The translations under genes and the position numbers were made by a program. From positions 16,384,892-16,446,521 of the forward strand of contig NC_068997.1 in the NCBI RefSeq assembly GCF_001194135.2: a DNA stretch of 61,630 nucleotides. The letters run 5' to 3'. A model generated the notes under the pieces. It had not been told where the DNA came from. It saw only the letters and a list, made by a program, of their open reading frames with translations, and ran no database searches. Source of the DNA: Octopus bimaculoides (taxonomy: Eukaryota). Shown here piece by piece: positions 13,459 through 28,274 of this stretch; position 1 is the first letter of the stretch, and every line of letters begins with the position of its first letter.

Positions 13459-16400
13459 CCCCTCTCCCTCTCTCTTTCTCTCTCTCTACTTTTTCTTAGT
13501 TAGTATAGTAGACGGGTGTCCATTGCTGCACAATTAGGAAAACAATTCAGGGACGATAACAGAAGATGGACAGAATAATATTAAAAAAAAAGAAACAGAT
13601 AGGGTGAAAAGGGAAGAATGGGAGAAATAACTCCCAGACAGAGCCAGAAGAAGTAACTAACTAGGGGGGGGGGGGGAAATGGCAAACTATGATGGAAAGA
13701 TTTTGAATGCAGACAGACAAACAAAGAGCTTGAAACTGCTGACTAGCAAACATACTAGAAAAGACAAATACTAGGGTTGAAAGAAAAAAAAAATGACCAG
13801 TGCTCCAGCATGGTCACAGCCTTTGGGCTGAAACTTATAAAAAAAAAATAAGAGCATAGTGGTATCTCAAGAAGAAAATGACATGTAGATAGTATGGTCA
13901 AAGAGACAAAAACCGAAAGGAAAGCTTCTATCTGTGTGTTTAGAAAGATGTCCAAAGCTGTCCAAGCAAAGTCTTAAAGGCTAGACTATATCAGACAAGT
14001 GAAACAAGACAGATAAAGAATATACATAATAATAATATTGTTGGTATCCAACACTGGTATCATGAAATCTTAAGAGAGGACCTCGCAGAATTGTGTGGCC
14101 TGTGGCCAGTTGTCTCTAATGTTGCCAGCCATCTCATTGCAAACAATTGATGTTTCAGTCCTCTGTCTCACATAATAATGATGTTTCGTTGCTTTCCCCA
14201 CCCCACCCCCACCACTACTATCAGTTTTTGTAACTTCTTTACATTTTTTTTAATTTTGAAGATTTTTAATTTCTTAAAATTTTAATTAAAAATAATAAAA
14301 TGGGTGCTCTTTGTACATGTGAATGTATGAATGTCCATATGCACATGTATATATTAATGTGTGTGTGAGCTTTTTCTGAATGTGTATTTGAGGGGGTTGT
14401 GTGATTTTTTTTTTTGTTATGTTGTATTTATTTATTATTTGCTAAGCTTTCTCTTCTCAACACCCCCCCTCTCATTTATTAGACTCTTTCTTTCTTTCTT
14501 CCACCACACTCTATACCTCTCCAGCTTGGAACCTTCTTCCTTACTTTGCACTCAGCCCATCACCCATCTTTATCCATCTTTCTATATTATTTTTAAGTAG
14601 AAAAGTAAATTTGTGTGTGTGTGTGTGTATGTGTGTGGATGAATGGATGTGTGTGTGTGTGTGGGGTAAATAATTAAGTATAGGATTGGAAGACAGTGGG
14701 GCACTGAGGCAGGAGGGATGTTGGCTGGCTTCACTGATTATTCTTGTGTTGTTGTTTTTGATGATGATGAGGAGGAGGAGAAGGAGAACATGGTTCTAAG
14801 TGGTGGTGGTGGTGGTGATGGGAATTGTAATTTGGCTGTTGTTGCCATCCAGTGGCTGTGGCATCATTATCACCACCATCATCACTATCACCATCAGCCT
14901 CATTACTATTGGCATTACTGCTAACTGCTACCAACCACCCCTATCACCTTCACATATTGAAACCCTTCACTTATCCCTTTTCTCTTGCCCTCCAAAAGCT
15001 CTCCTCCACATCCCTAAACCCCTTCCCAACCCACATTGTTCTCCAGAAAGGCAGTAGTAGGGATCTGGGTTAGGGAAGAACAGGAGGGGTGTAAAAGACA
15101 GAGATAGGAGATTTCTTTCTTGAAAACATAAAATAAAATGTGGCTGCTGTTGAGTGAATTTGAATTAATTACCCATAATGCTTTGTTTTGTTTTGTTTTT
15201 ATTTATTGTTTATTTCTTTGTTGTTTGCCTTGTTTTTCATTGTTCTGATTTTAATTCCACTCTATTTCCCTGTGAGTGGAAAGTGGAGGCTTTGGTCTTA
15301 GCACTCTGTAGACCCATCACTGAACTTAACTGAAGCCCGTGAGAGAGAGAGAAAGAGAAAGAAAGAGAGAGAGAGTTATCAAACTCCTTGTGTCCTTAAA
15401 ACCGGGAATGGAGGGACAAATAATTTTATTTTAAATCCTAAATCTTTGGACAGCATGCATGCACAATAATGAACTTAATAAATACAAATAACAGCGTCGC
15501 TGATTGTGTAAAGATGGATAGTTTGTAGGCAGACTGCTTCTTTGATCATCTACTTAGCAGCTGACTAGGGGTGTACAACAACAACAACAACAATTATACT
15601 TATTAATTCTTGCATACTTTGGTGTACCACTCTTGAGGTATTCTTTGTCATGTTTTTTCATCCATGAGATTAATTACTACTAAAATTATACAAATTCCTC
15701 ATCACCTTATTAACTTTGTTGTGTTTCTTTGTTTTTTTTTATGTGTTAATCTGCATTGTGTTTCTATTGGTATATTTCTCTTTTTCTGTGCTTATATTCT
15801 TATGTTATTGTATGTCTATGTGCATGTCATAAGGTGTAGACAAATATATAACTAAGATAAATGGATGCCACACACACTTTACACACAACTCTGTGATGTC
15901 ACAACTTGCCCAACATATCGCTTAACGATTTCCTGTATAATCTTCCACGAGGACAACTTACATATTACCCCTGCAAAAGACCACTCATTAACACAATCGT
16001 CAGGAAGTTTCTAGAAACTTTTTATCCAGACATTTTGGATCACTTGCCCCAAAAAAATTCTTCACAAAAATGTCTTGCTAGAATATCTACTTTCACAATC
16101 TAGATTTGGCTTTACCTTTCATTTGATCCCTTTGATGTTGAGTGGGAGTCAGTGGTGGCATACAAGTTGATAAATAAGCAACAGTGTTTATTTATACTAG
16201 AGCAGAATACAATCAGATCTACTTTATTCTGAGTAAAGGGGAAAAAAAAAAAAAAAAAGCTTTTGCCATGCCAAAACAGACCACCACCACCACCACCTTC
16301 ATCATCATCCTTTGTCATCCTTTCCACTACTACTCATTATATTCAAACCATATATAAGTTCTGGTGTTAATTATTTCCCTTTCCTCATTACAATGTACAT

Positions 16401-17672
16401 GGTTTTTGACATGGTCTCCTGTTGTACTTCTTAGAGGTCTGTTGTTTTAGATTTTATTTTAGATTTATGTATGTATGTGTGTGTGGATTCATTTGTATTT
16501 TCTTCTGTGTTAGTTAATTATTTATTTACATTCTAAGTAGAGTTTATACTAACTGAAGTCAGCCACACCCTCGACTACTTGGGGTCCCACCAAGCTTCTT
16601 CCACCCTGATATTACTTACTTCTTACCATCTACATGAAGTAGCAGCAGTCATACTAATTCTCTGTAAATTTAATTGCTGCTCCTTAATGACAGAGTGGTG
16701 ATGGTAGATACTTCCAATTAATAACAGTGGTGATGGGTGGAGTTTTTTTTATTTTTATAGATTTTATTATCATTTTTATGGCTCTAGTTTAATGATGCTG
16801 GTACTGATAATGAGAGAGAACTCATATTTGTGATTGTGATCATAGTCCTGATATGATGACGACAACAACAACAAAACCGACAATATTATTCTCCACCTAC
16901 TCATTCATCCACTCTGAACCAGATATTCTGTTTCTTGTATCTGAGCTTAAAACAATTGTGTTTCTCATTTTGTCATATTCCTGCATGGAAAACTTCTGTT
17001 TCATTTCAGGTAACTCACTAATGTTTCCGTTGGCGGTGTTCATGGATAGAGTTTAAACGTTACGCTTTCTGACTTTTCCGTACCTCCACTATACTTATCA
17101 CTCCAGGAAATCTCATGTCATTTAAGAAACAAACCATGAATGTTGTGAGAGCAAGCTGTGTCCACCCTTCAACTTTGAACACCTGTAATAAATGGTTCAG
17201 TTGGCATAAAATAGGTCACAAGCCAATTAGCTTGATTCTCTACCACCTCTGTCATTCAAGATAACAATGATAATTATGATGTTTGAATTTTCATTTTTGC
17301 CATAAAAGACTAGGTGCAATAATTTGGTTTATTTTAACTAACATTATTTTGCATTCTTAAAAGCAAAATCTTTCATTTACCCTTTCAAATGTACAGCAAC
17401 TTCAGCATTATGAGTTCTAAATCTGAGCAAGGAGGAAGTAAGACAGCAGCATTAAGATGTTAAGGACTTGAGCGATTCAATATTTACCCCACACCCTCTG
17501 AAACCCTGGTGTTCTTACAACTTACCAGGGCCCAACTGATAGTTAAGCAGTTATTTTATAATAGTTTGTTTCTATTCTCCCATGACAGGGTGGGCAGCAA
17601 ATTCTTGTTGCTGTTGTCATTCATGTTGTTGTCATTATCAGCCATATTGCTTGTCTTCATGATGTGTCTGTT

Positions 17673-17703
<31 letters not shown>

Positions 17704-18419
17704 GTGGTGTGGCTGTGTTAGTGTGTGGTGTGGCTGTGTGTGTGTGTGTGTGTGTGTGTGTGTTGCATGCCAGTGATAGGAACAGGAAGAACAGAATTAA
17801 CTTAAGCTGGTGCTTGTGTGTATGGGTGGATGTACACACACACACACACACACACTTTCATACACATATACTGAGAAAAACAAAATTTAATCACATGTAT
17901 GTTAATTTGTGTGTTTGTGTGTGCATGTCCATTAGCATTTACACATGTATGTGTGTATATACTCACGAACCTATCTGCATATACATCTGTGTATGTATGT
18001 GTGTTCATGTATATTTATGCATATATTTAGTGAAGAGCATACACAAACATCCTTTATCAAGACTCTATTAGATAATATCCTATCTCTTTTTCCCGTTTTA
18101 TTTTTAATTTTCTAAAATCTTCCGTTTTGTTTCTGCTAATTAGTATTGCTAATTTATTTTGTGTTGATTCCTTTTAATTAAACCGACAAATCTCTACATC
18201 AGTTTGGCCTGTAGTTTGGCAGCATTAATGGTGGCGATGGTGGTGGTGGTGTTCTTGGTAATGCTGGTGGTGGTTGTACCATGGTTGGTAATACTCACGA
18301 CTATTATAATAGTTGTAGAGCTGGTGGTAGCAGTAGCTAGCCATCTTGTCTGTTTGTCTGTCGCTGAGATTTCCTAATCAGTCTGGTTTTGTGGACATTT
18401 AATTACACATGCTCAAAGC

Positions 18420-18452
<33 letters not shown>

Positions 18453-18549
18453 GATAGATGTGTGTGTAATTAGATCATGCATTTTTGTTTGTATATGGGG
18501 TGGAGCAGTTGGCTTGTTGTGGTGAATGGAGAGAAAGTAGTAAGGATAT

Positions 18550-18745
18550 TCTTGTTGTTGTTTAGCTCCAGGTCTGCACAGACCAGGCAGGTTTTTTCTT
18601 CAGAGGTACTCCAGACATGACCACCTTGCCTTTTCCCATCCTTATTAACACCACATCAGTTACACCCTTCCCTTTTTAAGATGGCAAGATGTAATCTAAA
18701 GGAGGTTTTGGGGTTGATGTTTTATCTGGCTGATACTTCTCTGAT
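18550..18745 (+). mobile_element. Old dispersed repeat (family 4), with related fragments at about 23530-23590 (-) and 44283-44340 (+)
   Basis: ctttttaagatggcaagatgtaatctaaaggaggttttgg resembles the reverse complement of 23545-23588; tttagctccaggtctgcacagacc resembles tttggctccagctcagccctgatc at 44287. Confidence 0.4.
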
Positions 18746-18869
18746 AATTCTCATTGTTATTGATGTAGATTTATGATTCATTAACCTTAAGATGAAAACA
18801 AGAAACATGGAGAATTGATGAAAACATGAACTTTTTCGTATTAGTATTTATGTGTGAGCTTTTAGGCAA

Positions 18870-19052
18870 TGAGCTAGAAAAATTGTTGGCAGGCTGGGCA
18901 AAATGCTTAGCGGCATTTCATCCATCCTGGTGTTCAGTGTTCCTATTCCACTAAGGTTGACTTCGCCTTTCGTCTTCTTGAGGTCGATAAAATAATTACC
19001 AGTTGAGTATGGAGTCGATGTAATCGACTTTTCCCCTCCCCTAAAATTGGTG
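18870..19052 (+). mobile_element. Older SINE family 2 copy
   Basis: gagctagaaaaattgttggcaggctgggcaaaatgcttagcggcatttc...gacttcgcctttcgtcttcttgaggtcgataaaat...ccagttgagta resembles 61396-61540. Confidence 0.7.
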
Positions 19053-19311
19053 GCCTTGTGCCAAAATTTGAGACCCTTATTGGAGGGTGTTGTTTAATGA
19101 GGATCAGGAACAGAGGCAAGTTTGTTGTTCGGTACTTTTTATATTGTACTAGTCCCAAGTGATATGGTAAAACAAAAACAAACAAAATGGCATGAGTACT
19201 AAGTAACTAGTGATTGTCAACGAAACTCCATTCTGTAGAGAACTCAAAATGATATTTGTCTGTGTACCATGGTGTGTGTGTGCATATGTGTTGTGTATAT
19301 ATTATGTGTGC

Positions 19312-19343
<32 letters not shown>

Positions 19344-19645
19344 GTTTGTGTGTGTCTGTCTGTTTAAAAAAGAGGATTAACAAATAAGATGTTTGTACTC
19401 TGTATGTGTGTGCTTATACATTTATATGTGTATTTGTGTGTATGTTTATCTTTGTTAATTGCCTGTGCCACCATATAAGTATACTGTGATATTCCATCTC
19501 CACTTCCCTTGCCACCACTGGAAAAAAAATCAATACAATTAAGGCTTTATTATTTAATGAAAACAACATAAATTTAATTACTTTTATTTTATTTTGTATT
19601 TTTTAATCTTTTTTTCTCATTTCATTATTATTATTATTATTATTA

Positions 19646-19688
<43 letters not shown>

Positions 19689-20880
19689 CATCATCATCAT
19701 GTGTTATTGATATCTAGAATGTTGTCAGGCACCTACAGTTCTCTACCTGTTTGGCAATGCTGCTGGTACTATGTCAACTTTTGTGTCTATAAAGATCTAG
19801 TGTTGGGCAAGAGTGACAGTGATTTGGGAAGACACTGGGAGTCAACATGGATTAGCTGAATAGCCTATTCTGGATGATTTTCTTGTAGAGGACTGTGGAC
19901 AACTTCCCAAAATCCTTGGCTTTGCAGTGATCTCAGATTGAAGGTGGCAGATGCTAAAACCTTCTCCAGGAACTCATTCAGTGTCTGAACGTAGCTGATC
20001 AGTAGAATTAGATTTGGTGGCTGTTGTCACATCTGGATCAGATCCATCTATTAAATCCATTGATCAGCTTTGCTCCCTTCCTTTGGCTTTGAAGAGCATT
20101 TTTTTTTTCTTTGGCATTGGTGAAAAAAAATTGTATGTGTGTGTATGAAAGGACTTTCCTCTTTAGTCAAACCCTTGTCAACTTTTTTTCAGGATCCACT
20201 TAGAAAGAAAAATGAGGGTGGAGAGAGAGAGAGAGAGAGAGAAAGAGGTATTTCTCTCTCCTGTGTGTCTGCTTAGAGTGAGGAGAATGGTTTGCATGAA
20301 TGGAACACAGTTGAGAGACTGCAGTTGCCCTTGGTAGATAGAGTAACCCTGCGTCTGTGAAACTCCTTGATTGCCCCTCTCCTTTCATTCCTTTTGTATT
20401 TCATGCCTGTTTTCCATAATTGATTCTGCAAAACTTCAGTTTTACTGATCTCTCCTTGCAATGTCCCCTCATTCATCACCCTTGTGGCAATAATAAAGAA
20501 AGGAAAAATCATCATCATCATCATCACCATCGTCATCGTCAACATTATTTTCACCATTTATTATTTCCCCTGTTTTGTGTTTGTTTTCAATATATTCCTG
20601 CCTCTGTATTTGCATAAAAGTCACGTTTTATAATTAGGCTTAATTAAAATGTCTCATTCGTATCTTCGTCAATATTTAATTTAGTTTTCTCTACAATATC
20701 CACCTCCCCTCTCTTTCTCCCTATCACCCCCACCTATGCACACGCACGCACACGCACTCGCATACACACAAGCCTATGCACATATAATCACTCACACAAA
20801 AGCTTTTCGCTTCAGTTAGTGTTTCTATTGCTTTCTATATAGTTAAGATACACAACAGCAACAAAAATAACAATTGTAAC

Positions 20881-20911
<31 letters not shown>

Positions 20912-21133
20912 CCAACGACAACAATAAATAGGAGCTTTAGCATGACTCTTGCTGTAGTTTTAAAATACAAAACATGTTTGTTTGTTTCTGTGTGTTTGTG
21001 TTTAATTTTAATTCTATATTTTTAACTACCTGTCTGTCTTTGTAGGTCAACGTGTTTTTTTTTTTTTTACTTTGGATTATGTTGATGATTGCCTATTCCT
21101 TTCTTTCTTTCTACACAATCTTGATATATGAGA

Positions 21134-21134
<1 letters not shown>

Positions 21135-21209
<75 letters not shown>
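21135..21209. repeat. (TG)n microsatellite, one of dozens of (TG/CA), (TA) and (GA/TC) tracts in the window
   Basis: About 75 nt of pure TG. Similar tracts lie at 2020-2064 (AT), 6680-6738 (CT), 10566-10639 (CT), 24386-24434 (CA) and 30645-30707 (CA). Confidence 0.95.
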
Positions 21210-21210
<1 letters not shown>

Positions 21211-21753
21211 GAAATTCATAGTCATAAGTTCATAATGTTTTGTGGACCAAAACCCTTTTTCTTTCTTCATTTCTTCACTCTTCACCACCAACTCTCAATA
21301 CTTGTATTTAAAGCACATCTAACTATATAATTACCACAATTAGTAAAAATTGTCACCTGCAGCACTTGGGAATATACCTGAGAAACATGTTTTTAATATC
21401 AACAAACTGTCTGTTTCCATCTCAGTCACACAAGCTCTTCCTTTCTCCTGCATAACTCTTCATAGGACTGGTGAGATAACTTGGCAGTCTCTAGGTGAAT
21501 GCTCCATCCCTTTAAATATAGCAGCTAAATTTTTCTCTAATTACATTTTATCATTTTAAGAACTAGAAAGGTCACAATTAGATGATGAAGTTCTAGATTG
21601 ACTTACTCTGTGTCTGATTAAAAGAAAAAAACTACAAGACGGTTATGATCTGATGAAAAGTGTACAATGAGAGTTAATCTGGGATTAAGTGACAACAACA
21701 GGACTGATGATCTTTGATTTCTGTAATGCTAAACAAGTGGGAGATACAAGGAC

Positions 21754-21796
<43 letters not shown>

Positions 21797-24382
21797 AAGG
21801 TTTTTGCAACCTGTGGGCATGAAATATATTTGATTTCTTAATTCTCCTTTCATTTACTCTTTATACTTTAGATTTCTGTATTTGAAATCTCCTGACATGA
21901 TGATTTCTCGAGAAATCTATGCTGTAACCCGATGACATCTTGAGGTTTCTCTAACAATTTCATTGTGTGTGTATGTGTAAACTTGGAATTTTCTATTGAA
22001 GGATGCTTTGTCTGGATTTATAGGTGGGCTAAATTAAAAATAGGGCTGGGTGGGATTAATCATTTTTATGATTGGGGGCTAAGCAAACCACATGTCACTA
22101 AGAAATGCATAGGAAGTGATTGATGTGTGCGAGTGAGTGAGTGGGATAGAGAGAAAAAGAGAGAGGAAGAGAGAAAGGGAGTGTGATGGGTTTTGAGCCT
22201 CACCTGCTTTTTTTGTTTTCACCATATAATTAAAGTCCTGGCCAAACATTCCATCTGTTTAATGTAGCTGAACTTTTGTTTACTGTGGAAATGTGGATAT
22301 AATCTCCTCAAAATACCACCACATAAAAGACATATCATATTACCAAGCGCACATACACACACAAATACACACATAGGCTGATAGTTAAATATTTACGAGA
22401 CTACTAGGGTTAAAGCATGGCACAATTTCAAACTCAGTTCAAACTTCACTACAGGTATTTTATTGTGCACCTGAGTAAGATATAAATTTAAACATTTGCT
22501 ACCTCATGGTGATGATAAGGGGGGGAATCAAGATGTTAAAAGCAATTGCTGCAGCAGTCCGTTCACATTCACACTTAGCTTGAGAAAATGGATATAAATT
22601 ATGTAGATAGGTGTAAACAAGAAAATGCAAATGCTTGCTTGGATGGTATATGTGTGTGTGTGTGTGTGTGTGTGTACATACACATATATGTACATACACT
22701 CAAAAGATGAGTTTATGTAAATGTTTTCCAAGTCCTGAGTACTCTTGTAAGTGTATCCTTTACTTTGATTTCAAATCAGTTTCCCACCCGGGTAACATTC
22801 ACAGAAGATCTCACGGTGGCTTCTTTTGATGTTATAGGTAAACAAAATCAGTGCTGAATCAAGTGTATTGCTCAAGTACATACTAAAATGCTGTCGATTT
22901 GAGGACCTTAGTTCAGCATAACTAATATTCAGTAGATCATTTTGCTATTTGGTCTGTGAGATTTGATGACTTAAAGCAATATGGGAAGGGGTTTATTATT
23001 ATTATTCATTGTATTCAAGGAACTTTAAGCAAATGTATTAAAGTATGAAGTCCAGTCTAGCTGTCAACTGTCTGTACTATCACTTACCTGCCTACCCTAA
23101 TGAGTAGGTAGACGCTGAGGCCGACAACATAGACTGCATCCAGGTCAGTTATTTGACTGATTGCTTGACAGATTAAATAATTGGTTGGTTGGTTGATCAG
23201 ATGCGAAAACTGAGCATGGTATGTTGCAGGCTGGAGAGACTGGAAATTGAGTTCAAGCCACATACTTAGCCGTTGGTGTGTGTTATGGGAGTAGAAAATA
23301 CTTTACAGGTAGTGTCTGACCAGGTTCCATACATACATGCTCTGCTACATAAACACATATGCAGATTGTTGATCCTCCTCAAAAGCTGTTACTAAGAATC
23401 TAATTGACTATTATTAATTGCAACAGTAAATCAACATGATGGTTTTGCCACCACTACAAGTAATATTACCACTAAACACCAACAATAACACCACCAACAA
23501 AGGAACTTGTTCGTATATAGTCACTTATGTGACCTGCTGGAAATAGCAACCAAATTTCTTTCAAATCTCACAGCACCATCTTTAAAAAGAAAAGAAAGGA
23601 AAATTAGATTTAGTGTGGTTATAGTAATGTAATAAAATGTTGCTGGCTGTTGATACTACCACAAATACTCTGGAGTTGATGATGTCTGAATAAGACTAAA
23701 ACATGTCCAGAGTTGTCTTCCATAACTGCCCTGAAAAGTTAACCTTTTTTTCCGTTAAGTATGTTAACTCAGACTCAAATGATGTGAAATATGTTCTGTT
23801 TTAGTAGCAATGATTGGGAGTTGGGGTCATGCATACACACATGTAACATGCAGTAGTCTCTGTGCACTTCTAACTCAAGATTGAATTGAGCACTTTTTTT
23901 AATTCTGTAAGGTACTCCCAACAGCAATGTACTAGGTTTTATTAAGTTAATTCAAACACTGCTCCTCCGTTGTGAGTTGAACCTCACTTGTTAAATTAAT
24001 TCAGAAGAACCCAATGTTAATATAAACACAGAGGTGTTCTGATTTAGCTTCTATTCCTAGTTAAGAGTGCACATGGTTGCTGAAAGCACAAAAGTTGTAA
24101 AACTGTCTGTTCCTTCTGTTCAGTAACATTTCAGCCTTTGCCACCCACAAACTGGGTTTTGGGTGGTAGAGAAATAAAGAGAGAGAGAGAGAGTTTGTGT
24201 GTCTATGTATGTGTATATACTTGTGTGTGTTTCAAGTTAAATGCATGGACTTGTTTTGGGGGTTTTATTGTTAATACTTTTGTTTTCTGGTACTGATCAG
24301 AAACTGGAATGTTCTAGTGCTTTCTATACAATATGCACATATATTTATACACATTTATGCACATATGCACATATGCATGAGT

Positions 24383-24434
<52 letters not shown>

Positions 24435-26439
24435 NNNNNNNNNNNNNNNNNNNNNNNNNNNNNNNNNNNTCTGGCTGAGTGGTTGAAGATTTAATTACTA
24501 CTTTCTTCATTGCCCACATTCTGTTTTCGTTTTTTTTTCTTTATTGTTCCATTCTCTTTCTTCCTCCTCCTCCTCTAACACCATCACCACCACCACCTGG
24601 CACCCTCTTCTACCCTCTACCTACTTCCTTTTCTCTTCAATTAAACAATCCAGGTGTGTCTTTAGAAAATGAAGCTAGTGAGTGACCAAGTGGTTTGTTC
24701 CATTCCTACACATCAGCAGCAGCAGTACTATTACCACCACCACCACCACCACCACCATGGACCACTTGTACTCCCAACCTAGATTCCCTTACACTCCTAC
24801 TATATAACTACCTACTACTACCAACACCACATTCTCTTTAATTAGCCTCTCTCTCTCTCCTGACACCCCTTTCTCCCTTTATTTCATTTTGGGATCTCTC
24901 TTCCCACCTTTTAACTGCTCTCTTTCCCTCTTTCACAGTTTTCCCCACTGTGAAGTGTTAGCAAGTATACAACACTATATTTCCCATTTGATCTCCTCAA
25001 GTTAGCATGGTAATAGTAGAGTGGAATGCAGTGCAGAGGACACCAGCTTTGTAGTTAATTTTTATGTATTCAAACGCTTTAGCAAATCATTAAAGTTGAT
25101 AAGTGCATGAATAGACAGTGAGACTAATTAATCAATTTATTAATTAAGGATTTTTTTCTGAGCCTACACCTTTGTACTTTTATCTGATTTTTTTTTTTTT
25201 TTTCTTAATTAAATCAAAATTGTTCAGTGTGACTTTGCTTTAATGGTATGTTTGTGTTAGTATGACTAATGATTGGTCCCATCCGAAGGCTGTTATGTAA
25301 TATTCATAAAAAATAAACGTAAACTTTATAATATTTGTAAGACTGTTTGTTTCCAGTTCTACAGTACACAGTAAAAGCATGTAAACGAATAGTTTTGTGA
25401 AATTTGTTCCTTAGTTCTTGGAATTATCTCCCCTCCTTTTCGTGAGTTATTGACAATTACTGCTAGGTTTTTGTTTGCTTTCTCTAATTGAGATGAAAAT
25501 TTCAATTAATTAACAACTTTCGGTGAGTCATTCATTTACATCACTTTGCCTGCTTTANNNNNNNNNNNNNNNNNNNNNNNNNNNNNNNNNNNNNNNNNNN
25601 NNNNNNNNNNNNNNNNNNNNNNNNNNNNNNNNNNNNNNNNNNNNNNNNNNNNNNNNNNNNNNNNNNNNNNNNNNNNNNNNNNNNNNNNNNNNNNNNNNNG
25701 GGGGGGGGGCAATGACCACAACCAAGGAGAAATATTGTGTAATACATCTTTGAAAAGAAAGCCATAGCCCTAAGAAGAGGTGGGAGGTGAAGTGATGAAA
25801 TGTTGAATGAGTGAGAAAGAGAAAGTGTGAGGGGTGGAGTAGAAGACCCCTTCACCCTAAACAAAAATCATGGCAATGACTAAACCATGTAAGGTATTGA
25901 AACTGAGGTTTTACTATCTCTAAGGGAACCTTGTAAAGTGGAGGGGAAAAGCAGGCAGAGTTTTGAAACTCTTTAAGATCGAGATAGGCATAACCAAGAT
26001 TCTGGGAGACTTCTTCTTCCTTCTCTATTCCATATCTTATCAATCTGTGTGAATGTTTTGTGCTTTTATGTATCTGTCTGTTTGTCTGTCTGTCTATATA
26101 TATTCCCCACTCACACACACATACACACACACACACATGTATACACTCACACAACCTAATCAGAGTTGACAAGGAGGAAAGTTTTTCTTCACTTTCTGTT
26201 AGCATTTTGCTAAGTCTTAATTGCCAGCTCATATTTCTGTAGCTACTGACAGAGAAAACTGATAATGACACTAGGGTGGCAACGGTGATACTGGCGGTAG
26301 TGGTAGCTAGCTCAGGGTGATGGCGATGATGATGATGACGACTACTACTAACATATACACCCCCCCCCANNNNNNNNNNCCCCACCCCCCACTTCTTCCC
26401 ATTCCTGAAAAGTAATGGAAATATGATGACAATTATAAT

Positions 26440-26477
26440 AAGTTTTTAGTGTTAGTGGTAATGATTGCGGTAGTGGC

Positions 26478-26511
<34 letters not shown>

Positions 26512-27050
26512 ATGTTGGAGTGTTGTGGGGTGGGGAAGTAAGTGGAAGATGGGATGGAAATGGGTGTGGTAGTCATAATTATTAGACTGATGGTGGTGGT
26601 GGTGGTAATGACAATAATGACATTTGTGGTGTTGGTGGTGATGATGATGATGAGGGTACAATGATAAGTAGTTGTAAAAGGTGGTGGTAGGAATTGTAAT
26701 AGTAACAGCAGAGGTGAAGGGGTGGTGATAGGAAATATAGAGGTGGTGGTGGTGGTAGTAGTAGTAGTAGTGGTGGTGGTGGTAGTAGAGGTTGCCTAAT
26801 ACCACCAATTGGTAGTGGTGACTGCGGTGGGAGCTGTGATGAGGAAAAATAATCACAATAATTAAAAAACAAGAAATAATAATCTCAGCTTGTAACAATG
26901 GCAGTTTTAATAATTTGTGTTGGGTGTGAGGGACAGTTGTTGTTGTTGTTGTGATTAATGATAAAAGGAGTGATTAATGAGAAGGATGATGATGATGATG
27001 ACAATAGTAATGATGGTGGTAATTACGATGATGATGATGGTGATAATAAC
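26440..27050. repeat. Compound trinucleotide tract (GTA/GGT/GAT)
   Basis: Seen directly. Confidence 0.9.
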
Positions 27051-28274
27051 AAAGAAAGGGGTACTACTAGCATAGTTGCTTGCCACTCTTCAATGTTCTG
27101 ATCAGGTTGGTAAAGACTAGTGTGTGTGTGTGTGTGTAAGCGGAAGAGAGTACAGAGAAGAATTGGCAAGGGGGGGGTATGGACAAATGAATGGAACAGG
27201 GATTTAAAGATTTAATTGGTTATAAATACAACAGACGTTTTAGGGCTATTTCTCCTTGCCAAAGTGGAAGGTTAGCCTTGTGAGCCCTATCGGCCCTATC
27301 ACAATATTCTAATCATTATCTTCAACATTTTTTACCTTTTCAAGTTGGTGTCTTAGCAACGGATATCTTTTAGTGAACTGTGTGCTTATAATGATATCAA
27401 GCTCATCAATTTCTATGATCCTGGTTGACTGGGAAAATAGCTGTTATTTATCGACTGCAGTGCATGCATATCTGATGTTTTTAAATATTGAATGTTAAGG
27501 CATAAGGCTAAATACTATGAAATATATGCATACATACACAGACCGAAATGTGCAAGACATGCACTCTGTCTAGTGTTTTTGCATATGCTAGGCAGTTATG
27601 TAGGCAAGTGTTTTGTTTTCCTTTTAATATATTTGGATATATGCAATGCGTTTCCCTATTTGTGTGTGTGCATGTTGCATGCAGAAGAGTGAGTGACAGC
27701 AGGATTTTGTGTGTGTGTGTGTGTGTGTTCATTTTCCTACCACCCTTTTGTATATATGTGTACGTGATAATGAAGCCGTTTTGCAAAAATTCTACACAAT
27801 TGGATTAATATTTTTGTTTCTTTGTTATTGTTTAAATTTTATGCAAATAAGATTTTAGCGGTGGTGAGTTGTGGGGTGGGAGCAGCAGCAGTATTGTGTG
27901 TTCGAAATTGGAGGAGTCTGCATGTGTGATATAACTGGAAGTGGTCCTAGTGGTAATGAGTATAGAAGGCTAATGTGTTGGGCAAGGTGGGGTGGACAAC
28001 TGTCCTTGTTAGACCCCCCCCCCCAAACACTAATGGTAAGAGAACTAAATCTTAAGTGGTGGTGGTGGTGGTGATGGTTGTAGGAATGGTTGATGAGAAA
28101 GTGGAGCATGGGGGAAGTTTAAATATTGAAGTGACTTGATTCCTTTTTTTTTCACTCATCCTTCCACCCCTTCTCTCTGACTTTTAGATTAAATCTCTTT
28201 GCCAACCTTATCTGGACATACTGAATATTTGTTGTTGATATTATCATCATCATCATCATCATCATTATTTATTT

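Noticed and set aside
14085-14170. CVAC motif as a missed zinc-finger exon
   Set aside because: No His pair at C2H2 spacing, a stop soon after, and no convincing splice sites.
21020-21055. Second AG|GT candidate (ttaactacctgtctgtctttgtAG|GTCAAC), and weaker ones at about 1970, 22454 and 23144
   Set aside because: The donor half (GTCAAC etc.) or the pyrimidine tract is a poor match, so these are much weaker than the 17009 site.
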